Below are positions 38,027 through 47,851 of a stretch of DNA of 64,000 nt, piece after piece. Both the position numbers and the translations under genes were made by a program. Numbering within the stretch: the first letter of the stretch is position 1; every line of letters begins with the position of its first letter. Origin of the DNA: Thermoproteota archaeon (GTDB taxonomy: Archaea > Thermoproteota > Methanomethylicia > Methanomethylicales > Methanomethylicaceae). Under the pieces are notes generated by a model, which had not been told where the DNA came from, searched no databases, and was given only the letters and a program-made list of their open reading frames with translations. The stretch spans positions 129,386 to 193,385 of the forward strand of contig JARXPE010000001.1 of assembly GCA_029887795.1 (NCBI GenBank), read 5' to 3'.

Positions 38027-39229
38027 TTACTTATTATTTATTTTGAAAAGGCTCGCGTCGGGTTTTAGGCGGAGGTATTTTGAGAAAGTCATAGCATCGG
38101 CATCCATTAGGAATGGTTTGTCGCATACTGGCTCCTGAATCCCCTTGGCACAGGACAGGCAGTCTCCATTACACCTTGGTATTGGCCTGAAATTTTCTTT
38201 CAGGTTTGACCTGAAGTATACTGGCACTATCTTCCCTTCGCAAACCTTGGAAGTCATAAACTCCGAGTTCATTCCTTTATAGCTTCGACCCACCCTCCGG
38301 AACTCCATACAAAGGGCGAAAGTTAACCCTTTTCTTGAGGAAAGGTCTCTCAGAGTACGAAAAACGCTTCTGCGATAGGATTCTGATGCCTGGTAGCTCA
38401 GACCTATACGCTCGTTGTAGAGCGATCGCCAAAGTTTGAGCGCATCTTCGCCAAATGACTTTACCACCCCGAGGAGCCTATCCAGGTATGATGGATTCAC
38501 ATCGCAGACGCTTGCTATTATATGGTCAGCGCCTCTTTCTTTTACAGCATCCAAAAGTTCAGAAAGATCTCGGAGAGAGTCGTTGATACCTGGCAGAATG
38601 GGATCGATCCTGACGACCACGTAGAGGTTGTGGTCCTTCGATTTCTGAATTGCCTTAAGCTGATCCTCGACTGTTGATCCTCCCGGAGATAACGCTTTGC
38701 GGATCTCTTCATTGAGGGAAAGGATCGTATATTGGCAAAAACAATGGTTGTATGGGTGCTCGGACATTCGCCTCAGTAGGCTGCTAGGAACTTTATAGCC
38801 ATTCTTGGTCACAAATTCGACCGGGAGGTCTAAATCGAGGAAGACTTTCATGCAGCGCTCGGAAAGGTGGTAGGTCTCTTCCAAGGGAGACTGGAATGGA
38901 TCAGTAACGGGTGAGAAGTACCCACATGAAGCGTAGTAGAGCTTGCGCAGCTCTTCGTTTAATTTTTTGTCAATATCTTTGAATACTGTGATGATGCCAG
39001 TTCTATTCCATTCTTCGAAATGTCCCCCGTATCCACGGGCATAGCACATGGGGCAGTTAATTGTACACCCATTATATGGGTTTATGAGGATTCGCTCAGA
39101 GCTGCACTCCCTCCTCCCAGACTTGTAGGGGAAGTACCAGCCATGGACCACGCTCTTTTTTGTGGGGACGAGTAGGTGAGGGACGGGCTCTGGGATAAAC
39201 TGAGGCATTATGTCGGATTTTTTTAACAT
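38027..39229 (-). CDS. Radical SAM protein, spore-photoproduct-lyase-like (COG1533) with a Cys-rich C-terminal extension.
   Basis: INPYNGCTINCPMCYARGY matches the SPL-family Cx3Cx2C context. 400 aa. C-terminal CNGDCLSCAKG. Confidence 0.55.
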   Translation of the reverse strand: MLKKSDIMPQFIPEPVPHLLVPTKKSVVHGWYFPYKSGRRECSSERILINPYNGCTINCPMCYARGYGGHFEEWNRTGIITVFKDIDKKLNEELRKLYYASCGYFSPVTDPFQSPLEETYHLSERCMKVFLDLDLPVEFVTKNGYKVPSSLLRRMSEHPYNHCFCQYTILSLNEEIRKALSPGGSTVEDQLKAIQKSKDHNLYVVVRIDPILPGINDSLRDLSELLDAVKERGADHIIASVCDVNPSYLDRLLGVVKSFGEDALKLWRSLYNERIGLSYQASESYRRSVFRTLRDLSSRKGLTFALCMEFRRVGRSYKGMNSEFMTSKVCEGKIVPVYFRSNLKENFRPIPRCNGDCLSCAKGIQEPVCDKPFLMDADAMTFSKYLRLKPDASLFKINNK

Positions 39230-39351
39230 CTAGGTCATCAATTTATAGTGACGAGATTGTTTAAAATTGTTTACCCATCGTCTTTATTATGAAATTATGA
39301 AAAATGAATTGGATGAAAAAGGCTGTAAGGTGGACTAGGAAAATCTGAGGA

Positions 39352-40284
39352 TCAGAGACGACACACTATGTCTTTCCTCAGATCAACACAGCCTATCAGC
39401 GCCAGGAGAACCCTTGCGTCCTCGGTGTTGACAACCCCATGAGCCCTCTCCCTCACTACGAGCTTTGGCTTGTATCCGATGCCGAGACCAACATTTTCTA
39501 TCATAAAAAGGTCGTTCGCACCGTCTCCAACCGCCACGCATGCCTCTAAGCCCACTCCAACCTTCGCGGCAATGGTTTTTATCGCCCTTAGTTTTGCTTC
39601 GGGACCAGTCATATATCCCTCAACCTCGCCCGTCAGGCGCCCATCTTTTACTATTAGCTTGTTGGAGAATACGTAATCGGCGCCTATCATCCTGCCGACA
39701 TGTTCGGCGGCAAAATCAAAGCTGCCAGTCACTATCCCTATCACGAAGCCAAGCTCTTTTAGTTTGGATATCAGCTCTTTGACCCCTGGGTTGATTTTTA
39801 TAGATGATTTTATCCGATCCAAAACCTCAACCGGAAGACCCTCCAATAGCCTGACTCTGGATCTCAGGGCCTCGAGGAAGTTCAACTTGCCTTCCATGGC
39901 GAGCTTCGTGATCTTTTTTACCTCTTCGCCAACACCAGCAGCCTTAGCCAGCTCCTCTATGACTTCCTGCTCTATCAGAGTCCCGTCTAGGTCGAATACT
40001 ATGATCTTCTTTCCACACCTGTAGCTCTGGCACGACTCTGCAGCCAGAGCCAACCCTACATCGTCACAGCTGTTCTTTAGGATGTTCAACAAGATGTCTC
40101 GTCTTATAACGGAGGTCTTGGTATCAACCACCATGATCATCAAAAACAGGTCGTTAAAGATTGTCGAAGCTCTCGTCTTTATAATGTTCGCGTGGAATCT
40201 GGCAAGGACCCCAGACACTGTGGCAACAATGCCTGGACGGTCTTTACCCAGTACTGTGATGACTAGTCTACCGTCCTCCTGCAT
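39352..40284 (-). CDS. serB: Phosphoserine phosphatase SerB with an N-terminal ACT domain.
   Basis: ACT (LVITVLGKDRPGIVATVSGVLA) plus HAD (IIVFDLDGTLI, GDGANDL). Confidence 0.75.
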   Translation of the reverse strand: MQEDGRLVITVLGKDRPGIVATVSGVLARFHANIIKTRASTIFNDLFLMIMVVDTKTSVIRRDILLNILKNSCDDVGLALAAESCQSYRCGKKIIVFDLDGTLIEQEVIEELAKAAGVGEEVKKITKLAMEGKLNFLEALRSRVRLLEGLPVEVLDRIKSSIKINPGVKELISKLKELGFVIGIVTGSFDFAAEHVGRMIGADYVFSNKLIVKDGRLTGEVEGYMTGPEAKLRAIKTIAAKVGVGLEACVAVGDGANDLFMIENVGLGIGYKPKLVVRERAHGVVNTEDARVLLALIGCVDLRKDIVCRL

Positions 40285-40534
40285 AATAGAAAGACACCTC
40301 TAGCCCAAGCTCGTGGCAGATGTATTCCAGCTTGTTACGAAAGGCGTTGAGATCCAGAGCCGCAGCGAGCTTGATGAGCATGGAGAGTATGAAAATTCCC
40401 TTCATTACAACTTGATCCATGTCCTCAATATTGCATCCGAACTCAGATATGACTGAAGAGATCTCGGCGATTAAGCCTGGGCGATCCGGCCCCACGGCAG
40501 TAATAACCATGTATCTATCAGCCATAGATGGCAC
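40268..40534 (-). CDS. Stand-alone ACT-domain protein.
   Basis: YMVITAVGPDRPGLIAEISSVISEFGCNI. Confidence 0.6.
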   Translation of the reverse strand: MPSMADRYMVITAVGPDRPGLIAEISSVISEFGCNIEDMDQVVMKGIFILSMLIKLAAALDLNAFRNKLEYICHELGLEVSFYYAGGR

Positions 40535-40537
40535 CGA

Positions 40538-41251
40538 GTGACCATCGAAGATTGTACAGAAAATCTAATTAAGTTTTCGTATGAATATTGGAAACATTGC
40601 GAGGGACGATGGGTGGGCAATGTTAAACTTGAGGCGCTCAAAGAGGCTCTACTTGAGCAGAATCAAAGAAAGGCGAAAGATCTCACAGAGGAATTTTTGC
40701 GGGAAGGGGTGGAGCCAAAGGAGATAATTGATGTGATATCTGAGGGCCTAAGATTAATTGGAGATCTGTTTGAGAAGGGCGAGTTCTTTCTGCCGGAGGT
40801 TATGAGGGCAGCGAATGCAGCCAAGGCATCTTTGGGCGTCGTGTTACCAATGATGGTTAAGGAGAATGTTGGTGATGGGCGAGGAGTGATTGCGATAGGC
40901 TCGCTGGGACCACATGACATCGGAAAGACCATAGTATCTTCGATGTTAATCGCAGATGGTTTCAAGGTGCTGGACATGGGCATCAACGTGACGCCGAGCA
41001 TCGTGGAGGATTTCCTAAGAAATAATAAAGTGGATATACTCGCCCTCTCAATTCTGCTAACATCCGACATAGATAAAGGTGCCAACATTATCGAGAGGGC
41101 AAGGAAGGTCTTAAGCGGTCTCAAGGTGATGGTGGGTGGAGCGGCTATGAGCCAAGATATTGCAAGAAAAATAAGGGCTGACGCGTACGGTAGGGACGCA
41201 AGCGAGGCTGTGAAGATAGCAAGAGAGCTTATTGGGGGTAAAGAGAAATGA
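40538..41251 (+). CDS. Corrinoid (B12-binding) methyltransferase-associated protein (MtaC/MttC/MetH-B12-domain-like). The real start is possibly GTG near 40604.
   Basis: B12-binding DxHxxG motif (GSLGPHDIGKTIV) and an N-terminal helical cap (EFLREGVEPKEIIDVISEGLRLIGDLFEKGEFFLPEVM). Confidence 0.75.
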   Translation: MTIEDCTENLIKFSYEYWKHCEGRWVGNVKLEALKEALLEQNQRKAKDLTEEFLREGVEPKEIIDVISEGLRLIGDLFEKGEFFLPEVMRAANAAKASLGVVLPMMVKENVGDGRGVIAIGSLGPHDIGKTIVSSMLIADGFKVLDMGINVTPSIVEDFLRNNKVDILALSILLTSDIDKGANIIERARKVLSGLKVMVGGAAMSQDIARKIRADAYGRDASEAVKIARELIGGKEK

Positions 41252-42138
41252 TGACAATGAGAACGACCGTTATCGGGAGTTATCCGGTGGTTGGTGAGGG
41301 TCTGGAGGCAATAAAGACTGCTGTGAACGACCAGCTGGAGGCAGGCATTGAAATAATAAGCGATGGGCAGACGAGAAAGGACATGGTGTGCTATTTCGCA
41401 GACCACATACCCGGGTTTAAGGTTGAAGACGAGAAAGCTAAGATTGTAGGAAAGGTGAGACCCCCAGAAGAAACTCCCGTAGTGGACGACTTGATATTTG
41501 CGAGAAAGTTGGCTGGTGAAAGGGCCGAGGTGAAGGCCATAATTACCGGTCCTGTCACAATGGTTTTCTTTTCCGAACTTGCCCCAGAGGCACCCTATGC
41601 CGGGTTCCGGGACGAGAGGCTTTACGAGGATGTAAGCGAAGCCCTAGCTGTGGAGGTGGAGATTATTCAGAAGGCGGGCTTTACGAAGATACAGATAGAC
41701 GAACCCAGTTTTTCAATCGGGGCGCCCATGAATATAGGGAGAAAGGCGCTCGAATCGATCGTGTCCGACTTGAAGGGAACAAAAGCGCTTCATGTTTGTG
41801 GAAACCTTAGGAGGGTCTTCGGAGAGATCGTGAAGATAGAGGGGTTGGACGTCCTAAGCTTTTCATTCAAGGATAACGTCAGCAACTTTGACAGCGTTGA
41901 GAAGAAGCTTCTGAAGGATTACTCAAAGAAGCTCGGCGTGGGTTGTGTAAGTACGATGAGCCCAGAGGTGGAGGACGTGGACTCTATTAAGAAGGTACTG
42001 ACAAGGGCGGTTGGGTTATATGGATCGGAAAATATCGAGTGGGTTCATCCCGATTGTGGGCTGAGATCCTTCAAAAGGGATGAGGCGTTCATGAAACTCA
42101 AGAACATGGTCACTGCGGTGAGGGAGCTGAGGGGATAA
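41248..42138 (+). CDS. Core-MetE-like protein (cobalamin-independent methionine synthase C-terminal-domain homolog, short archaeal form). Putative methylcorrinoid:homocysteine methyltransferase.
   Basis: 296 aa. MRTTVIGSYP start typical of the Meth_synt_2 domain. ATGA overlap with the corrinoid protein gene. Confidence 0.6.
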   Translation: MMTMRTTVIGSYPVVGEGLEAIKTAVNDQLEAGIEIISDGQTRKDMVCYFADHIPGFKVEDEKAKIVGKVRPPEETPVVDDLIFARKLAGERAEVKAIITGPVTMVFFSELAPEAPYAGFRDERLYEDVSEALAVEVEIIQKAGFTKIQIDEPSFSIGAPMNIGRKALESIVSDLKGTKALHVCGNLRRVFGEIVKIEGLDVLSFSFKDNVSNFDSVEKKLLKDYSKKLGVGCVSTMSPEVEDVDSIKKVLTRAVGLYGSENIEWVHPDCGLRSFKRDEAFMKLKNMVTAVRELRG

Positions 42139-43007
42139 TGGAAGTCCGCTTGGGTAACATAAAATTTGGCGATGTGCCGGTCATGATAGGCAGCCTGTTC
42201 TATAAATCGGACAGGAAGGTAATCGATCATAAAAGAGGCGATGTAAACAGACCAGCACTCCTTAGGGAGCTGAAGAGTGTCTCAAAACTCAAGGAAAGGA
42301 CGGGACTGTTTCATGCCCTAGACATAATAGCGGAAACTCCGGAGGCGATGGAAAGGTACATAGCCGCAGTTGCCGAGTTAACCGATGATCCCTTGCTCAT
42401 AGGGGGCCTCAATGAAGATACCAGAATCGCAGGTTACAGGAAGGCGTCCGAGTTGGGTCTGGTGGACAGGTGCGGTATAAATTCGGTGTCGCTTGCGACC
42501 AGCGAAAGGGAGCTAGAATGCATCAAAGATAGCGGGATTAAATTCGCAATAGTCCAGACATTGGACCCAGCTGCGGTTTACCCAGAAGAGAAGCTTCAAG
42601 TTTTGAAAGGAGGGCTCCTTGAAAGGTGCAGGAACGCCGGCATCACTGATGTTGCTATAGATGTCGGCATAATAGACTTCACGAGTGTCTGGCTGGCGGC
42701 AGAGTCGATTAAGGCGGTGAAGAATGAGCTTGGACTGCCTGCTGGATGTGCGCCCTCCAACGTTGCTTATCAGCCCCTGTTGAAGAAGAAGGTGACCAAG
42801 AGGGTCGCGAGATCGATGAATGTGGCACTCAACACGATGATACAAATCGCGGGGGCAGATTTCATACTGTATGGACCACTTAGGGCAGCAGGGTATATAT
42901 TCGAGGCAGCAGCCACAGTTGAGGGAATAAAGGCTTATGGAGAGAAGTTGAAGGGGAAGGCTTTTGAGAAGAGCCACCCACTTTATAAGTTCCTAGCTAA
43001 ACTCTGA
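42138..43007 (+). CDS. MtrH-like pterin-binding methyltransferase (methyl-H4MPT/THF:corrinoid methyltransferase).
   Basis: Resembles MtrH (FGDVPVMIGSLFYK ... LIGGLNEDTRIAGYRKASELGLVDRCGINSVSL). Confidence 0.7.
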   Translation: MEVRLGNIKFGDVPVMIGSLFYKSDRKVIDHKRGDVNRPALLRELKSVSKLKERTGLFHALDIIAETPEAMERYIAAVAELTDDPLLIGGLNEDTRIAGYRKASELGLVDRCGINSVSLATSERELECIKDSGIKFAIVQTLDPAAVYPEEKLQVLKGGLLERCRNAGITDVAIDVGIIDFTSVWLAAESIKAVKNELGLPAGCAPSNVAYQPLLKKKVTKRVARSMNVALNTMIQIAGADFILYGPLRAAGYIFEAAATVEGIKAYGEKLKGKAFEKSHPLYKFLAKL

Positions 43008-43024
43008 TATGTGGAGGGGGAAAT

Positions 43025-43255
43025 TTGGTTCTCGCGTGCGTCCTTATACACTGCAAGCCAGGGACTGCGACAGATGTCCTGAATAAGATAAAGGAGATAA
43101 AGGGTGTGAGAAGAGCGTTTGAGACCCTAGGAGGATATGATGTTGTCGTAGAATATGAGTTTCAGAGCCTTGAGAAGCTCGGAATAACAGTATATGAGAT
43201 AGCAAAGCTACCGGGCGTGGTCTCAACGGAGACCCTGATAGAGACACTATTGTGA
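43025..43255 (+). CDS. Stand-alone RAM (Lrp/AsnC C-terminal) domain protein.
   Basis: 76 aa. RAM-like hydrophobic/charged alternation with a conserved G. Confidence 0.5.
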   Translation: MVLACVLIHCKPGTATDVLNKIKEIKGVRRAFETLGGYDVVVEYEFQSLEKLGITVYEIAKLPGVVSTETLIETLL

Positions 43256-43256
43256 G

Positions 43257-43490
43257 GTGGTAGTCTTGGTTCAGGTCCTCGTGTTGATAAATGCCGAGAA
43301 GGTTTCAGTACTTGACGTTGTTGGAAAGCTGGAGAAGATGCCAGAGGTTTTGAGTGTTTTCCCTACCTTTGGTAGGTTTGATGTAGTGGCGTTCTGCAAC
43401 GTCGGCAATAGGGAGAGCGTTAGAGATTTGGTAAGAAAGATAGCTGCGCTCCAGGGAGTGTTGAAGACAGAGACCCTAGTGGAACTATGA
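43257..43490 (+). CDS. Stand-alone RAM (Lrp/AsnC C-terminal) domain protein, in tandem with the previous one.
   Basis: 77 aa. FGRFDVVAFCNV pattern. Confidence 0.5.
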   Translation: MVVLVQVLVLINAEKVSVLDVVGKLEKMPEVLSVFPTFGRFDVVAFCNVGNRESVRDLVRKIAALQGVLKTETLVEL

Positions 43491-43580
43491 GTCCCCCAAA
43501 TAATCCAGTCCAGAGATATGATGCTTCCGGAGTTCTGCCTTTAAAATTGCATTTGTATGATCTGACCCTTTAAGGACTTA

Positions 43581-44435
43581 CTAAGGGGCACGTAGCCCTG
43601 CTAGTTCATAAACCTTAAGTATGTTGCCCCTGTCATCACGGCGCGAATCGACGGGGGTCTCCATTATTAAAGGCAGAGATCGGATCCTTTTGTCAGATAG
43701 GATCAATCTAAAGCCATCCTCGCCGATCTTTCCAAGACCGATGTGCTCGTGCCTATCTAGGTGGGATCCAAGATCTCCCTTAGAATCGTTGAGGTGTACC
43801 ACTTTCAGCCTCTCCAGACCAATGATACGATCCAGTTCGTCGAGAACCTCACCTATTCTTGTCTTCAAATCGTAGCCGCCAGCGAAGGCGTGGCATGTGT
43901 CAAAGCAGAAGCCCACCCTCTCAGAGTCGCCCAATTTATCCATGATGGCGCGTATGTCTTCAAAGGTCGTGCCCATGCTATTCTTCTGGCCGGATGTGTT
44001 CTCCAGGAGGATCATGCAGTTGGGACCAGACTCAAGGGCGCTCTTAAGCGCAGATACAAGCCTTTCGCAGCCTTTTTCCTCGCCGCTGCCGAGATGAGAT
44101 CCGAGATGTGTGACCAAGTAGGGGATTCCTAGCGCAGAACACCTCTTCAGTTCGGCTTTCAAAGTTTCCACGGATTTCTTGTAGACCTCGTCGTTAGGAG
44201 TCGCGAGATTTGGGAGATAGGGCATGTGATCTACTACAGGGTATATGTCGACCTTGCTCAGCCGCTCTTTAAATGATCTCATAACCTCTTCTGGGATTTC
44301 TGAAAAGGACCAGCCTCGAGGGTTTCTGGTGAAGAGTTGAAAGGTGTTGCACCCTATTTTTAGTGCCCTCTCCACCGAGCGGTCGATGGATCCTGCTATA
44401 GAGATATGAACCCCGACGCGCAAATTGTACACCAA
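43581..44435 (-). CDS. nfo: Endonuclease IV (AP endonuclease family 2).
   Basis: TIM-barrel Nfo motifs (HISIAGS ... CFDTCHAFAGGYD). Confidence 0.85.
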   Translation of the reverse strand: MVYNLRVGVHISIAGSIDRSVERALKIGCNTFQLFTRNPRGWSFSEIPEEVMRSFKERLSKVDIYPVVDHMPYLPNLATPNDEVYKKSVETLKAELKRCSALGIPYLVTHLGSHLGSGEEKGCERLVSALKSALESGPNCMILLENTSGQKNSMGTTFEDIRAIMDKLGDSERVGFCFDTCHAFAGGYDLKTRIGEVLDELDRIIGLERLKVVHLNDSKGDLGSHLDRHEHIGLGKIGEDGFRLILSDKRIRSLPLIMETPVDSRRDDRGNILKVYELAGLRAP

Positions 44436-44493
44436 GTTAAATTATCCTTCGGAATCGTTTAAGGCTTTACTTAGAATGTAAAGGGGGTGCTGC

Positions 44494-45168
44494 TCACAGA
44501 ATCCCCTTCAAGATTTGCCTTATCCTCGTTTTGATCTCGGGCGAAATGTGTTTCGGATCGGGTGTAGGCAGTTCCTCCCCCCTTATTGTTGCAAGTCCCA
44601 CGCCGTAGAGTACCCAAGCGATCACGTACTCGATGAGACCTCGGTCTTGTCCCATGGAGTCTGCCAGAAGGTTGATTAATTCGCCTATCGCTACCTGTGA
44701 CCTATCTATGGAAGAACGGAGTGATTCGAGTTGCTCCTCGCCAAGTACAAGGGAGTCGCCGATCTTTTGCAATAGTTCTTTGAGGGACGAGGCATCTTCA
44801 TGTGAAAATGTGGTGTCTAATGATAGTAGGAAGAGGGATTTTTCTGTGCGTATGTCGGGATAAACATAGCACCGCGATACTTTTGAGAGGGGGTATAGAT
44901 CCCGGAGTTCTTTTATGAGTAGAGCTTCCGTAAGGGAGATAACGGGTTTCCTCCTGAGAAGGTGCCAGATCTCGTCGGCTATGATGTAGGCTCTGTTCTT
45001 CTCAGAACCTATGACGAGGAGGTCGCACCATTTTGCATACTCGTGAAGTTCGTCAGGCGGGCATGACTCTGGGAGTTTTTTCACCTCGTAGTCTACTCTA
45101 CAAAGATTCTCCAGCGGTCTTCCCTTGCGCTCACAACCCACTAACAATATTCTCAAGGGCTTCACCAT
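44494..45168 (-). CDS. Hypothetical protein.
   Basis: ORF only. Confidence 0.3.
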   Translation of the reverse strand: MVKPLRILLVGCERKGRPLENLCRVDYEVKKLPESCPPDELHEYAKWCDLLVIGSEKNRAYIIADEIWHLLRRKPVISLTEALLIKELRDLYPLSKVSRCYVYPDIRTEKSLFLLSLDTTFSHEDASSLKELLQKIGDSLVLGEEQLESLRSSIDRSQVAIGELINLLADSMGQDRGLIEYVIAWVLYGVGLATIRGEELPTPDPKHISPEIKTRIRQILKGIL

Positions 45169-45369
45169 TGTATTGTCGCTAATATTCGGATATCTTTAAT
45201 GGTTAATAGTTATAGCGCATTTAGCTATTATAATGGTTTATTCAAAAAAGTGGAAACAATTCTGATGGGTGGTTACAACTTGCAAGGCGACAAGCAATGA
45301 ATGAAAAATAGTGCGTAGCAGATAAGATTAATATGTTGAGAGTACACTAATCCTTAAGAGGATACTCAG

Positions 45370-46149
45370 ATGTCCTTCGACAAACTAAAGGTTGTTGGAT
45401 TCTCGGATTTGGAGATAAAGTTGTACGAATATTTGATTAAAAAAGGAAGCTGCAAGAAAGAGGATTTGCTTAGAGATTTAGGTCTGAATGAGAAGGACCT
45501 GAATGAGCACATCTCAAAGATGTCGTCTTTAGGCGCCATAGAAATTGTTGATGATTTGGTCTCTCCTTCGCCTCCGAGGTCATTTCTTCAAAAGTACTTG
45601 AGACTCAAGGAGGTGGAGGTAGATCTTCAGCTTGCCGAGCTTAAGAAGGTTGTCAATGAACTCCAGATGGTGTTGGAGCCTATATTCAGCGAGAGCAAAT
45701 ACGGAGTAAGGTTGGAAGACCTCTGGCAGACGATAGAGAGCCTATCGAGCATGGAAATGGAGACTATAAGGATGATATCTCGGGCAAATTCAGAGATATC
45801 CATATTGGCAGAACGTTTTAGCTACTACCCAAAGGTCAGAGAGGAGTTGCTCTCGGCTCTGGACAGGAAGGTTAGGGTCAGGGTGCTTCTGCTGGCGCTT
45901 GACAAGGAAAATGAAGGTAGGGTCGAGGACCTAAAGAGGAACAAGGTTGAGGTGAGGTTGGCAAGATGCGACTGGAGAAGTGTGAGGTTTACTCTGGTGG
46001 ACAGGAGAGAGGCGATATTCCTGATTTGGGCAAAGAAGAGCGGAGAGAACAGGGTATTCTACAGACCAGGCTATACGAAGAACCCGGGGATGGTGAGCGT
46101 CTTCTCGGACTCCTTCGAGTATCTATGGGACAAGGCACTGCCACTCTGA
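45370..46149 (+). CDS. TrmB-like wHTH transcriptional regulator.
   Basis: N-terminal LSDLEIKLYEYLIKKGSCKKEDLLRDLGLNEKDL. Confidence 0.5.
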   Translation: MSFDKLKVVGFSDLEIKLYEYLIKKGSCKKEDLLRDLGLNEKDLNEHISKMSSLGAIEIVDDLVSPSPPRSFLQKYLRLKEVEVDLQLAELKKVVNELQMVLEPIFSESKYGVRLEDLWQTIESLSSMEMETIRMISRANSEISILAERFSYYPKVREELLSALDRKVRVRVLLLALDKENEGRVEDLKRNKVEVRLARCDWRSVRFTLVDRREAIFLIWAKKSGENRVFYRPGYTKNPGMVSVFSDSFEYLWDKALPL

Positions 46150-47111
46150 AGAGAGTGAGAGTCTCGTTAGGGACTGCCATCGAGCTAGGTCTGATCCGTG
46201 GTCTCCAGAAGGATAAGCCCACTACGGCATACCTTTTCATGATCGGTAATGGTTGTAGGGGAAAGTGTAATTTTTGCCCTCAAGCGGCTGGAATGTCTGA
46301 GAATATATCAAGGGTGAGCTGGCCCGAACTCCCTTTGGAAGAGGTCCTGAAAGGGCTAAGGGACAAACATAGCTTTGAAAGGGTTTGTGTCCAGTGCGCC
46401 GAAGAAGATGGTTTAACAAGGCGACTAGTTTATTTTGTAAAAAGCCTGAGGCATGAGACAAGTCTCCCGATTTCGGTCTCCATGCCTTGTGTTTCTCGTG
46501 AAGAGCTGCTTGCTTTAAAGACAGTAGGGGTCGACGTTTTGACGATACCTCTGGACTGTGCTAATGAAGGTTTATTCCGAAAAGTAAAGGGAAGGGATTG
46601 GGGGGACCGCTGGTTGGCTTTGCATAAGGCCTTGGAGGTATTTGGTCCCAACAGAGTCGGAACGCATATAATAGCAGGGCTTGGGGAGACTGAAAGAGAC
46701 ATCGTGAATGTATTTTCAAAATGCAAACGGGAGGGGATCGTGCCCTCGCTATTCGCTTTTACGCCGATAAGGGGGACGCCCCTTTGGGGGAGACCGCAAC
46801 CAGATTTGGCATCCTACAGAAGGTTGCAGCTAGCTAGGGAGCTCATACTGAGCGGGAGGGCGACAGAGACGGATTTCACCTATGACAGCCTCGGGAGGAT
46901 TATCGGGTTCAATGTTAGCAGAAATGTAATAGAGGAGGTTATTAATGAGGGTAGCGCCTTTATGACCAGAGGATGCCTAGGCTGTAACAGACCGTACTTC
47001 AATGAGAAGGTCTCAGGACCCATCTACAACTACCCCCGCAAACTGGAAAGTAAGGAGATTGAAGAAGTCAGGAGGGAATTATTTGGAGGGATTGAGGGTC
47101 TTAAGGTTTGA
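46125..47111 (+). CDS. Radical SAM protein, candidate archaeal two-component lipoyl synthase subunit (LipS1/LipS2-type). Start adjusted to ATG 46125.
   Basis: CRGKCNFC Cx3Cx2C. Position immediately upstream of lplA-N/lplA-C. Confidence 0.5.
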   Translation: MGQGTATLKRVRVSLGTAIELGLIRGLQKDKPTTAYLFMIGNGCRGKCNFCPQAAGMSENISRVSWPELPLEEVLKGLRDKHSFERVCVQCAEEDGLTRRLVYFVKSLRHETSLPISVSMPCVSREELLALKTVGVDVLTIPLDCANEGLFRKVKGRDWGDRWLALHKALEVFGPNRVGTHIIAGLGETERDIVNVFSKCKREGIVPSLFAFTPIRGTPLWGRPQPDLASYRRLQLARELILSGRATETDFTYDSLGRIIGFNVSRNVIEEVINEGSAFMTRGCLGCNRPYFNEKVSGPIYNYPRKLESKEIEEVRRELFGGIEGLKV

Positions 47112-47112
47112 G

Positions 47113-47841
47113 GTGCAAGACCCGTTTTACAACATGGCGCTGGATGAGGCTATAGCGCGATCCGTTGGAGGGGGGGAAAGCCCGCCAACGCTAAGACTCT
47201 ATGGATGGGCGCAAAGGGCAGTCTCCTTGGGATACTTCCAAGAAATTCTGGAGGAGGTCGATTTGGGTTTTTGTAGAGAGAAGGGTATAGAGGTAGTTAG
47301 GAGGATAACAGGTGGAGGTGCCGTGCTACACACGGAAGGGGAGCTCACATATAGCTTCGCGGTGAAGGACGATGGTTCTTACGTGCCCGAGGACATTGAA
47401 GAAAGTTACAAAAGGATATGTTCACCAATAGTGGCGTGCATCAGGAGGCTTGGCGCGGAGGCAGTATTTAGACCGATAAACGACATTGAGGTAGCAGGCA
47501 AGAAGGTCTCAGGAAATGCCCAGACTAGGAGGTTCGGGGCAGTTCTCCAGCATGGAACCCTCCTTCTTTCCATAGATTATTCAATGTTGAGAGCGCTAAG
47601 ACCGAGGGTAGAAAAGTTGAGGGATAAGGGGGTTTCGGATGTCGGCGGGAGGGTCACAACGCTGAAGGAAATCCTCAAGTTTGAGCCAGATAGAGAAAGT
47701 GTGGCAGATATATTGGCGGAGGAGTTCGGAAAGTCGTTAGGGCTAGAGTTGAGATACGGAAGGATCACAGATAAGGAGAGGGAGCTTGCTAGGGATTTGG
47801 TCCGGAAGTACAGGTCAGAGGAATGGACCTTCAGGAGGTAA
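47113..47841 (+). CDS. lplA: Lipoate-protein ligase A, N-terminal catalytic domain (LplA-N). Start at GTG 47113 or ATG 47134.
   Basis: BPL/LplA catalytic motifs (RRITGGGAVLHTEG, KKVSGNAQ). Confidence 0.75.
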   Translation: MQDPFYNMALDEAIARSVGGGESPPTLRLYGWAQRAVSLGYFQEILEEVDLGFCREKGIEVVRRITGGGAVLHTEGELTYSFAVKDDGSYVPEDIEESYKRICSPIVACIRRLGAEAVFRPINDIEVAGKKVSGNAQTRRFGAVLQHGTLLLSIDYSMLRALRPRVEKLRDKGVSDVGGRVTTLKEILKFEPDRESVADILAEEFGKSLGLELRYGRITDKERELARDLVRKYRSEEWTFRR

Positions 47842-47851
47842 TATAGTGGAG

